Positions 55,931 to 64,000 of a DNA stretch of 64,000 nucleotides are shown one piece after another (within the stretch, counting starts at the first letter, position 1; each line of letters opens with the position of its first letter). The notes under the pieces are model-generated. The model did not search any database. It saw nothing but the letters and a program-made list of their open reading frames with translations, and was not told the origin of the DNA. The translations under genes and the position numbers were made by a program. The stretch is from positions 62,001-126,000 of the forward strand of contig MU626267.1 of assembly GCA_025603075.1 (NCBI GenBank), in the 5' to 3' direction. The DNA is from Neoconidiobolus thromboides FSU 785. Lineage: Eukaryota; Fungi; Entomophthoromycota.

Positions 55931-57298
55931 ATGAGCGGATTAAAGAAAAAACGTAATTTTAAGGAATTAGCCTTGCCAAATGCACCTAAAAAAAGTATCG
56001 AAGCTGAGCCACCCTTACCAGATCTTGAATTAGGAGTTGAATTAAGACTTGATTTACGTATTGAAGATGTGGAAGTTTTAGAAGAACTTGGTGCTGGTAA
56101 TGGTGGCACCGTTTCAAGAGCGCTTCATTTACCTACCAAAAAAATAATGGCAAAAAAAGTAAGTAAAGAGTCTAATTATCAATTTTGGTTTTTAGTTTAA
56201 ATTACACTGTTTATATTATATAGATAAGAGTAATTAATCATTTTTAAAGCTTATTAGGGTTGAAGCTTCACCAGAAGTAAGAAAGCAAATTTTAAGAGAG
56301 TTACAGATCTTACATGACTGCAACCATGATAATATTATTTCATTTTATGGTGCTTTTAACCAAAAAGGAAATATTGCTCTATGTCTAGAATTTATGGATT
56401 TAGGGTAGGTTTTAATTATCTTTTATAATAGCATCGTTTCATTATTCCTTTTATTTAGGTCTTTTGATAATATTTACAAAAAATTTGGACCTATACCTAC
56501 TGATGTGGTCGGTAAAGTAGCAATAGCGGTAAATTTAATTTAAGGATGAAAATATAATAGGTTTATCTGTTATTATTTTTAGGTGCTAAATGGATTAATC
56601 TATCTTTACGATTCACATAGAATCATTCATCGTGGTATTTAATTTTAATTAAGAATTCTTACAAAGTATATTTAATTTTTATAACTCAAGATGTTAAACC
56701 TTCCAATATCTTACTCAATTCTCAAGGTTTAATTAAGATTTGTGATTTCGGAGTATCTGGAGAAGTTATCAATTCGGTAGCAAACACATTTGTTGGTACA
56801 AGTGCGTATATGTCGGTAAATTAATTTATAATTTAAATTTAAATAAGATTAAAATAAATAATAGCCAGAACGTATTAAGGGATCAAGTTATACTGTGAAA
56901 TCAGATGTATGGAGTTTAGGTATAACTTTACTTGAACTTGCTCAAGGGAAATTTCCATTCCCACCAGATGGTTCACCATTATCCGTGTTTGAATTACTAG
57001 AGTTTATCATAAATGAACCAGCTCCTATTCCACCAAAAGGTAGCTTCCCAGATGCCTTTATTAAATTTATTGAAGAAACGTAAGTATACATATATGTATA
57101 TTATTAACAGTTATAATATTTTTTTATTTAGTTTAATTAAAGATATTGAAAATAGACCAAATCCTAAAGTTTTATTAGTAAGTTTTGATTTATAATTTAA
57201 AAAAATTAAGTTGATTGTTTTAGTGTGATGATTACGTTGTTCAAGCAAGCAAGACTCAAGTAGACATGGAAAAATGGGCTAGTAGTTTAGTTAAATAA
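55931..57298 (+). CDS. STE7: MAP kinase kinase, STE7/MEK type (multi-exon)
   Basis: Docking motif [54 protein letters not shown]. Confidence 0.92.
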
Positions 57299-57440
57299 GA
57301 TTGATTTTTGTAATATTTTGCACAATACAATAACTATTTTTTTATAACTTTTAGCTTTATTTTTCAATTTTGTTTTTTAATTTTATTTATGTAATGCCAT
57401 TGTAAAATACATATAAATATTAAACGTAAAAGAAATCGTT

Positions 57441-59216
57441 TTATTTTAAATATGATTCAATAAATGGCTTAGAAACTAAAAATATATCTTTCATAATAAC
57501 CCATTGATTTGATCTTTCATTGAATAAATTATAATAAAATAAGAGATATTCTTTAGTAGTTTTCCTTAATAAACCTTCTTTTAAATCAATTTTATCTAAA
57601 GCCAATACAAATATGAAACTAAATTGTAAAAATGCATACCAGTGCATTGGAAGCGAAGAATCAATTATTTTAGCATTTGATTTCAAAAGATGGGTACCAA
57701 GAACAGAAGCATAAAATACTTTTTCGAATGGATTGAATGCTTCGAAGTAAGTATTGATTAATATACTTTCTTCAAATATTTCGTTAGTGAAACTGAGTGT
57801 ATCGTTATGAGTTATAAAAGGTCGATTTAAATCTACAATAACCGAAAGAAAGAATAGCATTAATACTCCATTCCCATCCGTTTTTATCTCATACACACTA
57901 AATTTCTCTTTATTCTTAAAACTATATATAAATTGTTGATACCATTTCACTATTAAATTTTCTATCTCTTTATATTTATTATAACTCCTAAGAGATTTCA
58001 ACGGATTATTCGATTTATCATTTAATATACATGATAATGAAAACTTATTAATAATTGGTGGCGTAAATGGTTCAATATGCAATCTAATATTATCCATAAT
58101 ACTCATTAAACAGCTTCCAGCATCTAAAAAGTTCTCAAATGGTAATATTTCTTTTTGAATTTTAAATAAGTCATAATAAAAAGGTGGATAGTATGCTCTA
58201 CCAAAACAATATCCAAGTACAACTTCTGCCATTGTTGATATTTGGTATGTCTTTTCTAATGCTTGATTTTTACTTTTTTTTAAACCATTTGGTACATGAA
58301 GTCCACGTTGTATAAACGCTCGATGAGCAATACCTAATATTTGCCAACAATAAGTAAGAGTTGAATCGGATGTCGTTAAGCTGGTATGATATGAAGCAAT
58401 TGTACATGCTTGTAGAACTAATGAGTCTGGCTTTGTATAACATTGCCGTATATAAAATAAAAAAGTCTCAGAAAGCTTATTTGAAACCATTTTTGCTAAT
58501 TCTCTATCCGGATAAAATGCTACCCCAGTTAAACAAACCGCTGTTAGTAAAGCTAAAAAAGAAGGTCGCTGATCGTTTTTTTTTAATAATTTAAAAAATC
58601 GATTTTTATTAGTTGCTGGGAATAAACGGTTTACTCTTGCAAAATAGATGACTATTAACTGAAATATTAACCTTGAATCTAACCTTATTTCAAATTTACT
58701 TTTGAATTTTAATAAAGGTATTGATAATTGAAGTGTATCCAATATTGCTTTTCTTTTTTTAAGTAACATATATGAATTAGATATAAAATAAAACGTCGCC
58801 ATACTATTGCCTAAATAAATTTGTTCACCAATAGAATTAGTAAAGCATTTAGTCCAAATTCCTTTATTTACAAAAGATAATTTAATTGCATTACAATTAT
58901 TATCTTTAATTGGGCTACTTTTGCTGTTATCTTTAGTTGTGTATACCTTTATTCGTTTATTTGAATTTAGTTTGTTATTCGTGATAATTGAATCCTTCTC
59001 TGGATCTTTTTTTTTTTTCCATCGTTCATATGTACAACTCAATCCAGACTTAATACAATTGTTACAGTTCTCAGCTTCTTTAACACATTTAACTTTACGA
59101 AAATTACATCGATCACATACCTTTGGCCTTGGACCTCTTGGATTTGTTACTTTATTTTTAAATGAAGCAGAATCTATTACAAATAAATATTTATCCATTT
59201 CAAGTAACAAATTCAA
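57441..59216 (-). CDS. Zn(II)2Cys6 fungal transcription factor (intronless)
   Basis: CDRCNFRKVKCVKEAENCNNCIKSGLSC followed by a middle-homology region. The real start is probably MDKYLF. Confidence 0.9.
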   Translation of the reverse strand: MNLLLEMDKYLFVIDSASFKNKVTNPRGPRPKVCDRCNFRKVKCVKEAENCNNCIKSGLSCTYERWKKKKDPEKDSIITNNKLNSNKRIKVYTTKDNSKSSPIKDNNCNAIKLSFVNKGIWTKCFTNSIGEQIYLGNSMATFYFISNSYMLLKKRKAILDTLQLSIPLLKFKSKFEIRLDSRLIFQLIVIYFARVNRLFPATNKNRFFKLLKKNDQRPSFLALLTAVCLTGVAFYPDRELAKMVSNKLSETFLFYIRQCYTKPDSLVLQACTIASYHTSLTTSDSTLTYCWQILGIAHRAFIQRGLHVPNGLKKSKNQALEKTYQISTMAEVVLGYCFGRAYYPPFYYDLFKIQKEILPFENFLDAGSCLMSIMDNIRLHIEPFTPPIINKFSLSCILNDKSNNPLKSLRSYNKYKEIENLIVKWYQQFIYSFKNKEKFSVYEIKTDGNGVLMLFFLSVIVDLNRPFITHNDTLSFTNEIFEESILINTYFEAFNPFEKVFYASVLGTHLLKSNAKIIDSSLPMHWYAFLQFSFIFVLALDKIDLKEGLLRKTTKEYLLFYYNLFNERSNQWVIMKDIFLVSKPFIESYLK

Positions 59217-59641
59217 TGAATTTTATACAGTTCTTTTATTTAAAAAAAACTCATTTATAAATATTGCTCTCAATTTTTTTGGTTCTAATGAAACATTAAT
59301 TATAAACCAGCTTAGATTGGCTTAAAAGTTGCTTAGTACTTTCAGGGATTTTTTTCCAAGTTCTCCTGAACTTATGCGAATTAGAAGATTTCTTCTTTTA
59401 TTAAGCTTTTTAATAGGGTTTATAATGGTCATTAAAGTTAAATAAATATAATTAATGTCAAATGTTAAAACTATATCTTGTTGTCTTTATGCCCTTCAAT
59501 CAACTGTTTATTAAGGTGCGCATATTGATTTTTATTAGAAAGCATTACCTTAACATTATGAATTTAATTTTTTATTAATATCAATAATATCTACTTTCTA
59601 AAATTGATGGAGGATACTGACTTTTTAAATCAATATAATTT

Positions 59642-59739
59642 GGGGATGTATTTCTGTATTTAAGAATTTTACTAACAATTTTTGCACCCAAATAACGCTT
59701 AAAAGATGGAAAAATTAATGAAGCCAAAAAAACACCCCC
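59642..59739 (+). mobile_element. ~98-bp MITE family copy, TSD ATTT
   Basis: ATTT-ggggatgt...acaccccc-ATTT. Confidence 0.87.
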
Positions 59740-60404
59740 ATTTCGTATTCCATTTTTAGATGCTTTTTATTATAAATTCAGCACCTTTACAATGAAGTTA
59801 CTTTCAAGTTGATGACCTTACTCAACACTTTATCAAAAGAGCCTAAGCATCAGTCTTTATAATTCCTCAACAAAAGAATTATAATATTAGTACAGAAAGA
59901 AATATAACTAACGATTTTTGATGTAAAATTTCAGTAGAAAACTTAAAATAAAATAAAACCGGTTATTTCTATTCTTATTCTTTTTTATTATTTGTTCAAT
60001 GTTTCAATAAAGTGTGTTTAATTATATTAATTTTTAATGGTGTCGTTTTAATTATGTTAAGATCATGACTACTATTTGAATCATTTAACAAACTATTTGC
60101 TTACTCCTTCAACTTGAGACGATTTATTAATTAAGATGGTATATTATTTCATACTATCTGTACTTTAACTTTAAAAGCATCAAGTGACCAAATTATCAAT
60201 GTAAAAAAGACCCTTGATTCTAGAATTATTGAATTTAACTGCATAAGGCTAAATTAACAATGCAATTATTGTATCTAAAATCACTCATATTAATTTATCA
60301 TTAAAACAACTTATAAAGCTCATATACTCAAAAGGTTAGTAACTTCAAAATACTAAGCTGTTCGAAATATCGGGATATGCTAAAAAGACTATACAGTATT
60401 ATTT

Positions 60405-60502
60405 GGAGGTGTTTTTTTTACTTTATTACTTTTTGTATCTTTTAAGTGGTATTTGAGTGGAAAAATTATTAGTAAAGTTTTCAAACACAAAAATATATCC
60501 CC
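60405..60502 (-). mobile_element. ~98-bp MITE family copy, TSD ATTT
   Basis: ATTT-ggaggtgt...atatcccc-ATTT. Confidence 0.82.
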
Positions 60503-60761
60503 ATTTGGTTAAAATAGAACTTAATTATACAAATGTTTTGGTATTGAAAATTCAACTTAAAAAATTAGGGAGTTAATTATAAAAGGTATATACTATTTTT
60601 GGTGTCTAGTCTACTTAATGAAATACGTGAACATCTTTTTCGTTTCAATATTTAATAGCTAAAAAACTTAATGACTATAATAAATCAAAATGTAATAAAT
60701 AGATGAAATCAGAAAACCATCCTTATATACAAGCTACATCGTTTTATGATTGACTAAATTA

Positions 60762-60858
60762 GGAGATGTATTTTTGTATTCAAGAATTTTACTAACAATT
60801 TTCCACTCAAATAGCACTTAAAAGATGGAAAAAATGATGAGGCAAAAAAAACACTCCA
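60762..60858 (+). mobile_element. ~98-bp MITE family copy
   Basis: ggagatgtattttt...tactaac...caaatagcacttaaaagatgg. Confidence 0.82.
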
Positions 60859-60933
60859 ATTAATTGGTGTCGTTTCTTTCAAGTTGATATACTACAACCA
60901 TTGATAAAGAAACTAAATTTAATAGTAGCAACT

Positions 60934-61030
60934 GGGGATGTATTTTTTTGTTTAAAAATTTTGCTAACAATCTTTCTGCTCAAATAGCGCTTAAAAGATA
61001 CAAAAAGTAATAAAATAAAATAAAACATTA
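60934..61030 (+). mobile_element. ~98-bp MITE family copy, right end eroded
   Basis: ggggatgtattttttt...tgctaac...caaatagcgcttaaaag. Confidence 0.75.
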
Positions 61031-61611
61031 GTTAGGCTGTTTTTTTAGCTATTTTAGTATACTTATGAATTGAATTGTTTTAAAAAAAAAAATCAAAAAA
61101 TTAAAATTTTATCGAATTATTTAAAGCCCTTATCTTGTCTACTAGACTATGGACCTCATAAAAATTACAGAGATTCATAGTTTAACCCTTCCAGTGAAAA
61201 TTATCTCCCCTTTAGTTGTCACTCTTATTATTATATGAACTCCATTTGGAGAACAGAGCTAAAATAGACCTTATTTTATTTCACTATTTCTTCTAAAAGT
61301 AGGTAAATCCTGAGTTCGCTTCCTACCTTATCAGACTGTTCCTATTAATACCTTTATCCCTTGAATTCACTAATTTAAACATTTTGCTTTTATTTAGTTA
61401 ATAAAACACTTGGACATCAGCTTTTCAAGAGTAATAAAAATTAATGACTATTATAATTTTATATTTATAAACATAAATATATTAAAAAATAAAATAAAAT
61501 AAAATACTATTATTATTAATTTAATTTAATTTAACAATTTAATAACTAATAAAAATAAAAAATAAATCTATAATTTAATCTATAATATCTATATATTTAA
61601 ATATAAAAAAG

Positions 61612-64000
61612 TTATGGAATATTATCCAATACCTTAATTAAACCGTTCACATTTATCTGTTTAATATTTTGATTATTTTTAAATTCATTAATATTTTTTT
61701 TAAGTTGATTAAATTGATTATAAAGTGCTTTGGATAATCCTAACATAAAAGAAAAGGAATTAAAAAACAATTGTAAATCTTCTTGATTTAAATTGAATAA
61801 TGGAATCGATTGATCTTTGACTATAAATAAATCAATAAGTGAATTTTGAATTGGTATTAATATATTATCAATGTTTTCGAATCTAACGATATGAAGCCAT
61901 AATTTAATAATTACCTATAAAATAAATTATAAGTTATATATTAAATAAAAGAAATACTTACTTTATTCATTTCATTAGATGATTTATTTAATAAATTATT
62001 AGTTAACAACTTCATCAATTTAATAATCCAATTTGAAATAATTTCATTTTTTTCATTGTAAACTTGAAATAATTTAATTGTGCCATTAAAATCAGGGTGA
62101 GATTGTAGTTGAATTATTTTACTCAAAAACCGAATACATTCATATTGTACTTGAGTATTTACACAATAAATTGAAAAATCAATTATAGCCTAATTATTAT
62201 TATTATTGTTAGCATTGTATTATTATAATGTATCAACATCTATATTTATATTTATTACCTCCAATAAAATCCCAATTGTTTTTTTATCTCCTGAATTTAG
62301 AAACCAAGCTAAAGAAGGTAAAATTGAATTAAAATAATTTAATGAAATATTTTGTATTGAATCTTTTTTATAACTTAATATAGTTAATAAATGTTCAAAT
62401 ATACGTTGGAATAATTTAGAATCCACTTCTTTATAAATTAATAAATATAATCCAGAAATTTCAATGACTATTATATTCATTTCTAATATAATTGTTGATA
62501 CCTAAATATAGAAGTTTAGAATTAATTTTGTTAGAATAATATCACAATGAATTGAACTTACTCTTGAATCTTGTGACAATGACATATCCGAAGCAAATGG
62601 GAAATAAGGTAATACAAATTTTTTTAAACTTGAAAATTGTGTTGATAAATTCTATATAAAATAGAAATGAATTAATTAATTATAATAAAATATTAATTAA
62701 ATTAAATTAAATTAAACTTACTTTAAAATCTTTAATTTGATGAATTTGATATCTCCAAATCCATAAAATTAATTTTAATATATAATTTAAACATTTTAAA
62801 TCTTCCGAATAATTAATTCTGGTTGTATTAATTAATACATTCGAATATGTTTCTACCCAAAAGGACATTAAACTTTCATATAATGTTGGTATAGACTAAA
62901 TAAAATAATCAATAAATCAAAATTAATTATTATTAAATAAATGTTATAAATTACCTCAATTATTAAATCTTCTTTTTTTAAATCTAAATCATTTAAAAAA
63001 TTGCTATTATTATTAATTAAATATTCAAATCCCATATAAATGGAAGATTTCAAATAATCTTGTTCTATTATATTAACTTTTTGTTGATTTTGGTATTCAT
63101 TTAATACTAATTTAATATTTTTTTCATTTAAAAAAGATTGTAAATACCAATCTCTATATAATAATAATAATAATTAGTAATTAACTTTAAAATTAATAGT
63201 CTATTAAAGTTACTCGCTCAATGCATCTTGACTTAATAAATTTAAATAACTTTCTAAATTTTCTAACATTTTAACTCTTGACTAAATAAATAATATATTA
63301 AATATATTATAAATATTAATTAAAATATTAATCAAAATTACTTTCTTAGACCAAATTTGACCTTTAGCCTTTGAAAATGAATCTGAAATTAATTTTAATA
63401 AAATTCTCTTGAAATTTAATCTAAAATATTACCTTTTTCATGGGAAGCTTTAGTAATGGAGCCAATTTTTAATAATTGAAAAAAATTAGGAAGAATCTAA
63501 TTAAAACTAATATTAACTTCAATAAAAAAACATCTTAATTTTTCTTACTTTGTCATTATATTTCTTAGCTAAATTAACATCTAATTTCAACCAAAAGGTT
63601 AAAAATAGCATAGCATCTTCACGTATATCTTCATATAAATGAGTCATTCCATTACAGGTATATAGTATTAATTTATCTAAGTAAGGAGCTATTGTTTCCT
63701 TAAATAATATAAATTCCATCTTCATTATAGTAATGATAATAATAATTTACTTTTTTAATTGAACTGATATTTTCTTCACATAATTCTAAGCTTAATTTTC
63801 GAACAGTTGGATCCTTTTAATTTAATCTTATTTAAACTTATTCAATATTTAAAATAAATAGATTACTTCATCTAACATCATTCGACAGATAATGTCCGTT
63901 AAATCCTTTATATAAACCAATAATAAAACTTGATGATTATTTAATAATTCTTTAATCCCAAGTACAGCATCTAAAATAGTTTCATCAGAAAATAAAAATA
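61612..64000 (-). CDS. IPI1: IPI1/TEX10 pre-60S factor, 5'-partial, multi-exon
   Basis: Ipi1_N-like LILYTCNGMTHLYEDIREDAMLFL and DAVLGIKELL. The exons read by hand splice into an open frame ending ...VLDNIP* at 61612. Confidence 0.8.

Noticed and set aside
59300-59420. Minus-strand fragment FRRTWKKIPESTKQLL resembling a RasGEF helix
   Set aside because: A single short match with no flanking support.

Overview
This is an AT-rich eukaryotic window with many short GT-AG introns (about 45-60 nt). A Zn2Cys6 factor and the overall gene set point to a fungus; the intron density, GDP-fucose synthase and a Groucho-type gene suggest an early-diverging lineage (inference). Tight gene islands alternate with repeat-strewn spacers. 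Genes: PPR protein (partial), SCY1-like pseudokinase, three calmodulin-like EF-hand genes (one missing from the ORF track), cytochrome P450, GDP-L-fucose synthase, orphan coiled-coil ORF, PNP, F-box protein, RasGEF-like protein, DHFR, PCF11, a Groucho/TLE co-repressor, three CaMK paralogues, two small secreted Tyr-rich paralogues, WSS1, SLX9, a STE7-type MAPKK, a Zn2Cys6 factor and IPI1/TEX10 (partial). Main highlights: (1) about 27 copies of a ~98-bp MITE with GGGG...CCCC ends and 4-bp AT-rich target duplications, carrying a 48-nt intron-like cassette (GTATTT...TACTAAC...AATAG); (2) an animal-type Groucho/TLE gene with both Q domain and WD40 repeats; (3) an unannotated full-length intron-retaining IPI1 pseudogene that also provides an empty-site test for the MITE; (4) local expansion of calmodulin-like and CaMK genes. 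All alignments were made by eye, no searches were run, and exon limits and degenerate-copy limits are approximate.
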